Shown: piece by piece, positions 10,519 through 20,269 of the stretch
Position numbering within the stretch: position 1 is the first letter of the stretch
Layout: every line of letters starts with the position of its first letter
Source of the DNA: Rebecca billardiae RCC1528
Taxonomy: Eukaryota; Protista; Haptophyta
Reading direction: 5' to 3'
Length of the DNA stretch: 64,000 nt
Assembly: GCA_965240325.2 (NCBI GenBank)
Contig: OZ251227.1
Span: forward strand, 2,728,001-2,792,000
The notes under the pieces: model-generated
Databases searched by the model: none
Told to the model about the DNA's origin: nothing
Seen by the model: only the letters and a program-made list of their open reading frames with translations
Program-made: the position numbers and the translations under genes

Positions 10519-13188
10519 TCAGCCGGCGCCCTCGCCCGTCGCGACGGCGAGCCGCGCCTCGTCCAGCGCATCGGCGAGCTGCTGCATCTCCTGCAGCACC
10601 AGTCGGCGCATCTGGCGCAGCGGCGTCTCGCCCTCGCCCACGTCTAGGCCGTCGAGCTCAATCATCCGGACTGTGACCTCCTCGCACAGGGCGAGGCACT
10701 CGCGCGCCAGCGCGACGCGCTCCGGGCGGTGGCGCGCGCGCGCGGCCTCCTCGGCGGCCCCCGCCGCGTCGGCGTCCGCGCCGGTTGGCACCGCGGCCGC
10801 GGCGGCGACGTCGTCGGTGGAGGCGCTCTCCGCTCGCTCAGAGTCGGGGGGCTCGGCGGGCTCGGCAGCGTCGTCCTCGTCAAGCTGCGCCGCCACGCGC
10901 TCGAGCAGCTCATCTGCTCTGACGGCCCAGCGCGAGTCGAGAGCGTGCATCATCGCCGCGAGCGCGCGTGCCACCGGGCTGTCGTCGCCTGCGCCCAGCG
11001 CGGCGCGCGCCGCGCCCCCGCCACCGTCAAGCTCTGCTGCGGCGCGGTCGCCGGCGTCGCCGCCCGCGCCGTTCGCGCCGCCCTCGGCGCCGCCGCCCGC
11101 GAGCGCTGCCAGCGCCTCGAGCAGCGCGGCATCCACGGCCTCGCCGTCGGCGTCCGCCGCGCCGCCGCCCGCCGCCGCCTCGCGCAAGTCGCCGAGCGCG
11201 TCGGCCGGGATGGCGGCCTGCCTCGCCTCGTCGGCGAGCTCGGCGTAAGCGCTGCCGCGCAGCGGGTCTTGCGCGCCCGGCGGGAACGCGCGGCCGACGA
11301 TCCTCGCGCGCGCGCGCAGCCGGCCGCGCTGCGGGCCGAGGCCGGCGCGCAGCGCGGCCGCGAGCGCGCGCACTCGGCGCTCGAGCCAGCGCAGCACCTC
11401 CGCATCCCGCCACAGGTCGGCCGCCTCCTCCGCGTGCAAGGCGATCAGCCGCGCGAGTGCGGCCGAGCCCTCGGGCTGTTCTCCCCGCACGTCCTCGCCC
11501 AGCGCCTCGGCCACCGCGCCGTCCCACTCCGCCAGCAGCGGCGTGCTGATCGGGTCCGATGCCGACGAGGCCAGCACGATCGGCCGGAGGGCGGCGGGGA
11601 ACCACAACGCCGCCTGCTCGAGCAGCGCGTCCGCCGAGGGCGGCTCGGGCGGCGTGTCGGCGGCGGCAGCGTGCCGCGCGGCGGCCCCCGCGCGCCGCGC
11701 TGCCGCGCCGCCACCGCCGCCCGGCGCGCCGCGCCTTCGCTCCGCGCGGAACGCGCACAGCGCGCGCGACCACGCCCAGCCGGGCAGCAGGCGGAACGGG
11801 CAGCTCTCCCGGGAGCCCTTCTCCCCGGACCCCGAACCCCCGGACCCGTTCTCCCCGGACCCCTCGGCCTCACGCTGCGCGTCTGCAAGGACGGCGCGCC
11901 AGTCGGAGCTGCCGCCGGGGATGGGCGCGTCACGGAGCTGCGGGCACGCCGAGAGCGCCTCGAGCGACTGCGCGTCCGCCAGCCGCGCGCAGCGCACGTC
12001 CAGCCGGAGCGCGCACAGCGCCGGGTCCTCCGCCGGCGCCAGCGAGAGCGCCAGTTTCGTCACGCCCAGTGCGGCGCCGTGCGCGCCGCGGCGCGAGAGG
12101 TGGCGCGCGTGCCACCAGAGCGCGGAGAGGAAGAGCGGCCCCTGCGACGCGTCGTCCGCCGCGCCAGTGCCGGCCGCCGAGCCCGCGCCCGCCGGCGGCA
12201 GCAGCAGCCGCGCGCCGCCGCCGAGCCAAGCCTTGGGGAAGCGCGGGTGCGCGGCGGCCTCGCATGCGTGCACGGCGCGCGCCGCGAGCTCCGACGCCTC
12301 CTGCAGCTGTCCGGTCTGCATGAAGACGCGCTGCATGGCGAGCAGCGCGCGCAGGTGGTACGGCGAGCCCGCGAGCAGCTGCAGCAGCGCGCGCGGGTCG
12401 CCCGTCGCCGCCGCGCGCTGCATCTGCCGGCTCGAGTGCTCCGCCTCCCAGCGCGACGCAAAGCCGAGCGCGAAACGGCCGTCGTCGAGCGCGCGCATCG
12501 CGAGCCCCGTGCCGGAGGCGGGCGGCCAGCTCGGGTCGGGGTGGACGATGAGCGCGTTGCGCGCGCGCACGCGCGCCGCCGCCGCGCCGACGCGCCCCGC
12601 GCCCCGCCGCGCGCGCGCGTGCCGCCCGCCGCGCCTCGGCTGCGCGCCGCCACCGCCGCCGTCCGCCTGCGCCTCCGCTTGCGCCTCGGCCTCTGCGGCG
12701 CGGATGGCGCGAGCGCCGAAGAGGCGGAGCATCTCACTCTCGGACGACAGCTCGCGCTTGTCTACGGCGAGGGCCTCGATTGCGCCGCCCATCCCCGACG
12801 CGAGCAACTCGCTCGTCGCGCGCGTCGCGTCGGCCGCCGCCGCCTCCAGCGCCGCCCAGTCGTCGTCCTCGCCACGACGGTCGGCGGTTTCGGCCTCGCG
12901 CTTGGCGGCGGCGGCGGCGCCACCACGCTTACCCTTCGCTCTCCCACTTCCCGCCTTGTGCTCGCCCGGTGGCGGCGGCGGCGGCACTGTCGGAGCGGGT
13001 GCCCCATCCTCGCTTCCCTCAGTGGAGCTGTCATCGTCCGCGCTCGAGTCGTCCGAGCCGAGGAGCGCGCCAAAGCCGAGGGGCTTGCGCGCGGGCGGCG
13101 GCTCATCGTCCTCTTCATCCTCCTCCAATTCCTCCTCGCCCGCGCTGGCCGCCGCCGCGACCGCGTTCTTGAGGTGGCGCGATGACAT
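10519..13188 (-). CDS. TCF25: TCF25/Rqc1 ribosome quality-control homolog with a C-terminal BAG-like domain
   Basis: N-terminus MSSRHLK followed by an acidic tract. PYHLRALL...ASELAARAVHACE...HPRF and GAHGAALGVTKLALSLAPAEDP match TCF25. The C-terminal EEVTVRMIELDGLD...LRQMRRLVLQEMQQLADALD is BAG-like. Confidence 0.85.
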   Translation of the reverse strand: MSSRHLKNAVAAAASAGEEELEEDEEDDEPPPARKPLGFGALLGSDDSSADDDSSTEGSEDGAPAPTVPPPPPPGEHKAGSGRAKGKRGGAAAAAKREAETADRRGEDDDWAALEAAAADATRATSELLASGMGGAIEALAVDKRELSSESEMLRLFGARAIRAAEAEAQAEAQADGGGGGAQPRRGGRHARARRGAGRVGAAAARVRARNALIVHPDPSWPPASGTGLAMRALDDGRFALGFASRWEAEHSSRQMQRAAATGDPRALLQLLAGSPYHLRALLAMQRVFMQTGQLQEASELAARAVHACEAAAHPRFPKAWLGGGARLLLPPAGAGSAAGTGAADDASQGPLFLSALWWHARHLSRRGAHGAALGVTKLALSLAPAEDPALCALRLDVRCARLADAQSLEALSACPQLRDAPIPGGSSDWRAVLADAQREAEGSGENGSGGSGSGEKGSRESCPFRLLPGWAWSRALCAFRAERRRGAPGGGGGAAARRAGAAARHAAAADTPPEPPSADALLEQAALWFPAALRPIVLASSASDPISTPLLAEWDGAVAEALGEDVRGEQPEGSAALARLIALHAEEAADLWRDAEVLRWLERRVRALAAALRAGLGPQRGRLRARARIVGRAFPPGAQDPLRGSAYAELADEARQAAIPADALGDLREAAAGGGAADADGEAVDAALLEALAALAGGGAEGGANGAGGDAGDRAAAELDGGGGAARAALGAGDDSPVARALAAMMHALDSRWAVRADELLERVAAQLDEDDAAEPAEPPDSERAESASTDDVAAAAAVPTGADADAAGAAEEAARARHRPERVALARECLALCEEVTVRMIELDGLDVGEGETPLRQMRRLVLQEMQQLADALDEARLAVATGEGAG

Positions 13189-13304
13189 TTCCGCTCCAGA
13201 GTCGAGGCATCCACGCTGGGCCGCCCAGGTGACGGCGGCAGCAGGACCGGGCTGAGCAGGAGGGCGTCCGGGGCGCCAGGGCCCAGGCGCTGTCGGCAGC
13301 CGCC

Positions 13305-14000
13305 ATGATGCTGGCGACGCGGCGCGTGCCCTCATCGGCCGCGGCGCTGCGCGTCGCACAGTGGGGTGGTGCGCGCTGGCGAGCGCTGCCACTCGCGCGG
13401 CTGAGTAGCAGCAGCGCTGGCGAGGGCACAGCCACCTCGCCGCCCAGCGGTGCGAGCACTGCGCAGCCGGACGAGCGCGCGACGCTGTCGTCGGCCAACG
13501 TTCTTTTCGGCATCAGCGACGAGCAAATCAAGCACGTGAGCGATGCCGTGCGCCGAGCGGTGTCGCTCGAGAATGCGTCGGAGCGGCAGCGCCGAAAGGT
13601 TGAGAACCACCGCGCGATCCAGCACTGGCAGCAGCGCCCGGGCGACACCGGCTCGCCCGCGGTCCAGAGTGCGCGCGCGCGCGCGCCCGGCCGAGCCCGC
13701 GCCGCGCCCGCGCGCCACGCGCTGACGCGCCACGCCGCGCGCCGTCGCCGCGCGCCAGTCGCTCTGCTCACGATCCGCGTCGACTATCTCAAAGCGCACC
13801 TCGAAAAGTTCCATAAGGACAAGGACAGCAAGCGCGTCCTCAACCAGCTCGTCTCGAAGCGGCAGCGGCTGCTCACCTACCTGCTCAAGGAGGACCGCGA
13901 CATGTACCGCCGCGTCTGCCTCGAGCTCAAGGTCGGGCCGTGGAAGGAGATGGAGGCGGAGATGAAGGCGAGGAGCGAGGGCAGCGCGTGGGGCTCGTGA
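13305..14000 (+). CDS. MRPS15: Mitochondrial ribosomal protein uS15; intron 13669-13758
   Basis: DTGSPAVQ|IALLTIRVDYLKAHLEKFHKDKDSKR...KRQRLLTYL is the S15 motif. Arg/Ala/Ser-rich presequence. Confidence 0.9.
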   Translation: MMLATRRVPSSAAALRVAQWGGARWRALPLARLSSSSAGEGTATSPPSGASTAQPDERATLSSANVLFGISDEQIKHVSDAVRRAVSLENASERQRRKVENHRAIQHWQQRPGDTGSPAVQSARARAPGRARAAPARHALTRHAARRRRAPVALLTIRVDYLKAHLEKFHKDKDSKRVLNQLVSKRQRLLTYLLKEDRDMYRRVCLELKVGPWKEMEAEMKARSEGSAWGS

Positions 14001-14489
14001 AGCCCGCGCCGACGCCGAGCGGCAACCATGGGAGGAGCCGTCCTGCTTCGGCAGCGTCGGACAGCTATTGACTAATGAGTGCGGAGGTCGATGTTGCGGA
14101 CTGCCCGCTGAACGGGCGCGCGTTGCGTGCCGCCGCACGTTGCGATTCGCGGGCTCACGAGGCCTGGTGCGCACCGATCGATCGTCGTGTCAGTCGTCGG
14201 TCGCAGGTTCGCAGCCCTGCTGATGTTGATGCACTCAGCTTGGAGCCCGGTGCTGTTAGTACTGTCTTCACACTCTTGTGGTCACACCGATCATGCTCAC
14301 TGCGGAGATCCGGCTCCGACCGACGAAACCGTGCGCCGCCTACCGCTGTAGATAGATATCGCGGCCTTCATCTTTTTCATCACGAATTCGGGCCGAGATC
14401 AGGCTCCCAAATAAAAGTCCCGATGACTCGGAACTCCGACGGCCTTCTCACCTCGTCCCGTCTTGCCGGCCGCTACGCGAACAGTCACG

Positions 14490-15158
14490 ATGCGCGTGCA
14501 TGCGCTTCTCACGCTCACGCTGATGGTGGTGCTGCAGCTACCGCCCGCCTTCGGCGATGCTCCAAACCCGAAGGACAATTGCGACGAGCTCGGCACCGGT
14601 GCGAAGGGCGCATCACGCACGCAGTCCTGCACACGCCCGGCGACGCAGGCCGACAAAGACCGCGCGCGGCGGCGCGAGGAGCACCAGGCGAGCACGACTC
14701 GATGGAGGACGAGTCAGTTTTTGTACATCCTCGTCGGCGTCCTAGGTTGCAACATTCTCGTGTGGAGCTTTGCATGCGCGCGCATCAGGCGTGCCAACAA
14801 GATGGCACGTGAGCGCGAAAATGAGGTGAGTGGGACAGCCACACTGGAGATCATGGTGGAGCTGCCCTCGGGCGAATACGCCGTGGCGACATCGCCGAGA
14901 GCGTCCTGCGACAACAGGGGGGCGTCTCGTACGCCCGGGGAGACCGCTGTGGACGCTCCAGCCTCTACTGCCGCTGTCGATGTCGATGAGGTGGGCGTTG
15001 AGGTTGCGCAGGTTGGAAGCGGCGAGCGCAACCAAATCACTGCACGCGCAGGAGGTGCCACCGTTCCCGTCAGGAGAGCTGCCTCCGACGCGCAGTCGTC
15101 AACATCCCATCAGGAGCTACAGGCGTACGATGGCGGTGTGGAACGCATCCAAGAATAG
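14490..15158 (+). CDS. Small type I membrane protein (signal peptide, one TM helix)
   Basis: MRVHALLTLTLMVVLQLPPAFG signal peptide. FLYILVGVLGCNILVWSFAC TM helix followed by RIRR. Confidence 0.6.
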   Translation: MRVHALLTLTLMVVLQLPPAFGDAPNPKDNCDELGTGAKGASRTQSCTRPATQADKDRARRREEHQASTTRWRTSQFLYILVGVLGCNILVWSFACARIRRANKMARERENEVSGTATLEIMVELPSGEYAVATSPRASCDNRGASRTPGETAVDAPASTAAVDVDEVGVEVAQVGSGERNQITARAGGATVPVRRAASDAQSSTSHQELQAYDGGVERIQE

Positions 15159-15247
15159 CCGCCTGGTCCGGACGATGGCGGCGGCAGGTCCGAGCCCGAG
15201 CCAGTTCCTGACTGCCGGAGTCCGTTACCGAGTGATGAGTGATGCAG

Positions 15248-15350
15248 TCGACCACTGGCACTAAGCCAGGCACGCAGCCCGTGACGCGCGTCACTAGGTC
15301 GACCACTGGCACTAGGCACGCAGCCCGTGACGCGTGCCACTGGCACTAGG
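15248..15350. repeat. Short imperfect tandem duplication (about 45-50-bp unit)
   Basis: gtcgaccactggcact...aggcacgcagcccgtgacgcg occurs twice, plus a partial third copy. Confidence 0.7.
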
Positions 15351-15628
15351 CAAAGCCGATCCCGCCGCATTGGTCCCGGCTGCCCGCGCCCGCTGCCACC
15401 CGCGGACCGCGGCCTGCGCGGCACTGCGGCTGCGGCGGCCCCGGTGGCGGGTGGGGTACCGAGTCCAGGACTCGGGCAGGAGTACCGCGGACTATATCAT
15501 CGTCAGTTACTGATCGTCCACCCGCCGCTGTCATACTATGCATATGGAGTCTAATAGTAGCTATCAAGAGCTCTATGGCGCCGCGTAAAGTAACATCAGA
15601 CTAGCTCTCTGGCAGACTGACCATTGAC

Positions 15629-18610
15629 TCAAGGCTCAAGCCACCGATGCAGCTTGGCCTCCTCCTCCAGCCGATGCTTGGCCTCCTCCAGCCTGTTGAG
15701 CAACGCGAGCTGGTTGCGCTGCGCGCGCCTCCGATCCGAGGGCGTCTTGGCCTGCACGTACGTCTGCTTCGCGCCGTTGGCGAGCGTGCGCTCAAAGACG
15801 ACGTGGCGGCGCGCGCGCACGGGCCGCCAGCCACGCTCGCGCAAGGCGTCGGCGACAGTCTGCGAGCGCGGGCGTGCCGCGGGCTCGGCCGGCGCCGCGC
15901 CGACTCCCGGACCGTGCCGGCGCACGACAGAGTCGTCGTCGAGCGTGGCGCGCACGCGCTTGTTGGAGTCGAGCAGCAGAGTATACGGCTGCACCGGTGA
16001 CGGCCAGAGCTCGGTCACGAGCGCGGACTCCCAGCCACGCTGCGTGCGGCATAGCACGCGCGTGCCGACGGCGAAGCGCGTCGGCGGCCGCGCCTGCGCA
16101 GCGCGCGGCTCGCGTGGCTGCGCCGGCTGCGACCTGTCCTCGAGCAGGCCCACGCTGGCGAACGCGAGCGCAAGCGCGCGCCTGCCGGTGGGCGGGCCCG
16201 TCTCCGCGGCGCGGCTGCCCTCCGCGTCGAGCGGCATGGCGAGGAAGCGCTCCGCCTCCTGAAGGGTGCCGGGGAGAACGACGCGCTCGTGGCCCCTGCG
16301 CGGTGGCACACGCACCGCCTCCTCGTCCGCTGCCGCCGCCTGCTCCTCCTCCTCGTCGTCGCCGCCGCCGCCGACGTCCTCCTCCGGCGGCGCGGGCGCG
16401 GCCGCGCTGCCGCTGCCGGGCGCGCTGTGCGTCTCGACTGGCCGGCTGCGGAAGAGGGAGCGAAACCTGGCCGCGCGGCGCTGGGCCCGCGTGCGCGCGC
16501 GCCGCGCTCGCCCTCGGCGGGGCTGCGCGCGCGCGGCTGACTGCGCCGCGGCGAGCTCGTCGAGCAGCGTGCACGCCTCGGACGCGCAGATGCGCTGCCG
16601 CCCAAGCGCGGCAAAGAAGTTGCGCCGAGCGAAGCGCCCGCGCCAGATCGCCACTGTCGCGGCGATGGGCGCCTCCTGCGCGCGCACCGTGCGCGCCACG
16701 GGCTGCTCCCAGCCCATCCGTGCGGCGAGCAAGCCGTAGAGGCGCACGCGCAACGCGGCGCTGAGCTCGGCGAGCGGCGCGTCCCTGGGCATCGACAGCG
16801 GCGTCGCGAGCAGCGCGAGAGAGCGGCGCAGCGTCCACACGCTCGTCGCGACCGCGAGCAGCCACAGCGCGGCCGCGCACGCGCCCACGTGCCACGCGGC
16901 GCGCGCCTGCGCGAGCGTCGGGCTGACGAGCAAGCGCGCGTACCGCCCGCCGAGCCGCACGAGCACGTTGCTCACCGCCACGTGCCACAGCCAGCAGAGG
17001 GCGAGGCCGAGGAGGCACACGAGCACGCGGTACGCGCCCTCCCATGCGCGCGGCACCGTCGCCAGCTTGCGCAGCGCGAGGTCGCGCGCGGCGGCGTCGT
17101 CGCCTAGCAGCTTGGCGATGCGATAAGACGCGCTCACGGCAGGGCCCTGCATGATGCCCGCCTTGGCCTCGTCCGCGACCGAGCTCGCCGGGACCGCGTC
17201 AGCGGGGGAGCGGCCGTCGCGCAGCCGCGGCACCATCTGCAGCCGCAGCTCGACGAGGCGGAGGTAGCGCTCGACAAAGCGCGCCACCTCCTCGCGCGTG
17301 CGCGCGTCGTCGGCAGCCGTCGTGCTCGGCGCCGAGTGGGACGCCGCCGCGCGCGCGCCCTTGCCCGCGTCGTCGTCCTCCGACGGCGGGGGCATCTGCG
17401 CCAGCAGCGCTTGCGCGAGCCGCTCGCGCACGGCGCCGCCGTGCCGTGCGAGCAGCAGCGAGTCGTGCTCGCGCATGCCCGCGAGGACAGCCGCGCGCAG
17501 CGTCGGCAGGTCAGCGGACGACGCGGCGAGAAACTCGAGGTGGACAAAGCCTCGGCCCAGCTCGCTCTGCGCGAGCGCCCTGAAGCGGCCGGCGACGGTG
17601 CGCGCCGCGCGCGCCACGAAGAGCGCGGCGTACAGGTCCTGGCAGCTGTCCGGCGAGGGCTGCAGCAAGGGGCACGCGCTCGCGCGGCCGCCCTTGCCCC
17701 GGCAGGGGAGAGGCTTGTCCAAGGACAGCTGGAAGTGCTCGCCCTGCACCGCCACCGCGCGGAGCCCGAAGCCATCGGAGCCGTGCTTCAGGCTGAAGTT
17801 GGTCACGAGCAGCTCGAGCACGCCGCCGCTCGCGCCGAGCGAGCGCGCCGAGCCGCGCACGGTGCACCACACGACGTCGCTCCCCGGCCGAGGCCGCTTC
17901 ATGTCCACGTTCGACCAGCGGACCCAGTCGAGGCCGAGGTGGGCGAGCAAGGAGACAGCGGCCTCGACCTCGTGCTTCTGGAGCTTGAGCATGGCGCACC
18001 GCGGACCCTCGGACTCGACGAAGAGGACCATGAAGAGGAGCGCCGACCAGTTGTTCGGCTCGAGCGCGTGCGCGGTCAGCTCGGGCCTGCCGCGGACGAG
18101 CGGCTGCGCGGCGTGCTCGTCCAGGAAGGCGGCGAGCTGGAGGACGGCGTCGCAGCTCAGGCTGCTGACGGCCAAGCCCATGAGGCCGTGCTGGGCGTCG
18201 GCAATCATGCCGAGCACCAGCTCGGGCACATCATAGAGTGCGCAGCCGAACGCCAGGCCCACGGCTAAGATCGCCTCGCTGGGCAGGGCGGGCGCGTGCG
18301 GCCGCGGGAGTAACGGCAGGCAGAGCTCGTCCGCCGCCGCGATCCGCGCCGCAGCGTCCTTCGCGAGCTTCTCGAGGAGCTTCTCGATGACCACTCGGAT
18401 GCGCAGCGCTGAGAGCATCGACGTCTTGAACCGGTGCTCCGCGTTGAAGCTCTGCTCCTGCATCTCCTCCTCCATGCGACGGCGCGCATTCTCGCTCTCG
18501 CGCTTGGCCGCAGCCTCTTCCTGGTCGTGCGCATATTGCGAATAGGCGTTGTACGCGACGACGCCGGCGCTCACGACGGCCGCCCCGGCGAGCACGGCCT
18601 TGTTGGCCAT
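15629..18610 (-). CDS. Large membrane protein with N-terminal anchor, two internal TMs, SH3-like domain and C-terminal HicA-like domain
   Basis: Long ORF with strong GC3 bias. FAVGTRVLCR...W...V...PYTLLLD is SH3-like. LRERGWRPVRARRHVVF...KTPSDRR..RNQLALL is HicA-like. The start could lie further upstream. Confidence 0.75.
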   Translation of the reverse strand: MANKAVLAGAAVVSAGVVAYNAYSQYAHDQEEAAAKRESENARRRMEEEMQEQSFNAEHRFKTSMLSALRIRVVIEKLLEKLAKDAAARIAAADELCLPLLPRPHAPALPSEAILAVGLAFGCALYDVPELVLGMIADAQHGLMGLAVSSLSCDAVLQLAAFLDEHAAQPLVRGRPELTAHALEPNNWSALLFMVLFVESEGPRCAMLKLQKHEVEAAVSLLAHLGLDWVRWSNVDMKRPRPGSDVVWCTVRGSARSLGASGGVLELLVTNFSLKHGSDGFGLRAVAVQGEHFQLSLDKPLPCRGKGGRASACPLLQPSPDSCQDLYAALFVARAARTVAGRFRALAQSELGRGFVHLEFLAASSADLPTLRAAVLAGMREHDSLLLARHGGAVRERLAQALLAQMPPPSEDDDAGKGARAAASHSAPSTTAADDARTREEVARFVERYLRLVELRLQMVPRLRDGRSPADAVPASSVADEAKAGIMQGPAVSASYRIAKLLGDDAAARDLALRKLATVPRAWEGAYRVLVCLLGLALCWLWHVAVSNVLVRLGGRYARLLVSPTLAQARAAWHVGACAAALWLLAVATSVWTLRRSLALLATPLSMPRDAPLAELSAALRVRLYGLLAARMGWEQPVARTVRAQEAPIAATVAIWRGRFARRNFFAALGRQRICASEACTLLDELAAAQSAARAQPRRGRARRARTRAQRRAARFRSLFRSRPVETHSAPGSGSAAAPAPPEEDVGGGGDDEEEEQAAAADEEAVRVPPRRGHERVVLPGTLQEAERFLAMPLDAEGSRAAETGPPTGRRALALAFASVGLLEDRSQPAQPREPRAAQARPPTRFAVGTRVLCRTQRGWESALVTELWPSPVQPYTLLLDSNKRVRATLDDDSVVRRHGPGVGAAPAEPAARPRSQTVADALRERGWRPVRARRHVVFERTLANGAKQTYVQAKTPSDRRRAQRNQLALLNRLEEAKHRLEEEAKLHRWLEP

Positions 18611-18884
18611 CGAGAGTTCGCCGCGACGGTAGATGGACGACTCCTCCCGAGCCGGCGAGCCCTCTCGCAGTGGTCCCTCCCGCCCGACGAGCTTCTTGAT
18701 CGTCAAGCGCGACCGCGCGGCGCGCGCGCGCGGGCTGTCCACCCGCTATTTATGAGCGGAGGGCCCCGGACAGGCGGGCAGGTCCGGAAGCAGCAAACAA
18801 CACGTACTACGGCCAAAACGCGTAAAAACTTAAAACTAACTGAAGCCAGCATGCTGACGACTGAGATCTGACACCGCGACTCGA

Positions 18885-19811
18885 TCAGCCGGCCACCAGC
18901 CGCTCAGCGAGCTGCTGAAAGCTTGGCCTCGTGTCGTACTCGGCGAGCTGGCGCGCCTCATCGCGCTCCTGGCTGAAGAGCTGCCACGGCTGACCGTACG
19001 TGCGCAGCAGCCAGCCCACGCGCCCCTTGCTCTGAAGCGGGCGCAGGTAGTACACGGCGTCGAAGCCCGAGAGGAAGTCGTCGTAGCATCGGCCGATCTC
19101 GGGGAACTGCCAGCGCGCGTAGTACCCCGAGCGCTGCTTGTCGAGGTAGCCGTTCTGGCAGATGATCGGGATGCCCTCGCCAGCACCCGTCGCCAGCAGC
19201 TCCATGTTCAGCCAGTCGTTCACACGCCCCTCCTCGCACGGCTGCACGACCAGCCTGCATGCGGCTTTGTCCGCAGCGGCGGCCGCGCCGGCGGCCGCGT
19301 CCGTCTCGCCCTTGCCCATCATCCCGCCGATCGCGCTCTCGAGCCACGTGGCCGCTGCGCGGCCGCTGCACGCCTTGGCCGCCGCCTCGAGCGACAGCAG
19401 CGTCGCCGACTTGTACGCCGCTCCGGGGTACGCCTCGAGGGCGAGCTCGCGCTCCTTCTCGTCCAGCAAGCACACCCACAGCTCGCTGCCCATCCCGAGG
19501 CGCGGGACGAGCTCGAGCGCGAAGTCGCGGTTCGCGTCGAGGACCTCGATGTTCGAGAAGTCGTCGAACTGCGTCTTCGCGCCGAGCAGCGGCGGAAACT
19601 CCACCTCGAGCAGCTGCACGCCATCGGCCAGCGCGCGCTTCACCGCGTCGGCCACATCTGACGCTACGTGCTGCAGCGCTGCGCGCGAGGCGACGCGCGA
19701 TCTGACGAAGGGGTTGACGTCGGGCGGAAGTGTGGCGAGCCGCGTTGTGGATCCGGCCACGTGCACCGCCGCGGCTAGCAGGGCTACCGCGCGAATCTGC
19801 GCCATCAGCAT
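18885..19811 (-). CDS. DUF1995 / LPA3-like plastid-targeted protein
   Basis: LLEVEFPPL, NGYLDKQRSGYY, FDAVYYLRP and GWLLRTYGQPWQL motifs. N-terminal signal-peptide-like segment. Confidence 0.85.
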   Translation of the reverse strand: MLMAQIRAVALLAAAVHVAGSTTRLATLPPDVNPFVRSRVASRAALQHVASDVADAVKRALADGVQLLEVEFPPLLGAKTQFDDFSNIEVLDANRDFALELVPRLGMGSELWVCLLDEKERELALEAYPGAAYKSATLLSLEAAAKACSGRAAATWLESAIGGMMGKGETDAAAGAAAAADKAACRLVVQPCEEGRVNDWLNMELLATGAGEGIPIICQNGYLDKQRSGYYARWQFPEIGRCYDDFLSGFDAVYYLRPLQSKGRVGWLLRTYGQPWQLFSQERDEARQLAEYDTRPSFQQLAERLVAG

Positions 19812-20269
19812 CGTACACGACTGTAGCGCGGTCGTGCCCGCCCTGACCAGGACCCCTGTTGAAGATTCGCTTCTGCAGCCGAGCACGACGAATCTTCGCG
19901 CGTTCCCGACGACTTTGCCGTGATATTGATTTGAGATTCTGACAAGGACACCGTCAGGACGCACGATGGGTCGTTTCATCAATCAGAGCCGCGCGCGGCG
20001 CGTTTCAGTATCAGATGTTGCGTGGACGGTACCGACTACGCAGTGTCGTGCTACCAGCTAGCTCTGATGGCGCCACACTCAGTACAATGTCCCCACGTAC
20101 TGACGTACGTTCGCTACTAGGCTCCCTAGGACCACGCGCGAGCGCTGGACGGCGGACGCCCCCGCCCCGCCGCCGCCGACGGTCACTGGTGAGTCGCAAC
20201 GTGCGACGCCAATGAATGATGCATGATGCAGTGCCACCCCGGAGATGCCCGCCAGGCTCGGGCCGTCAC

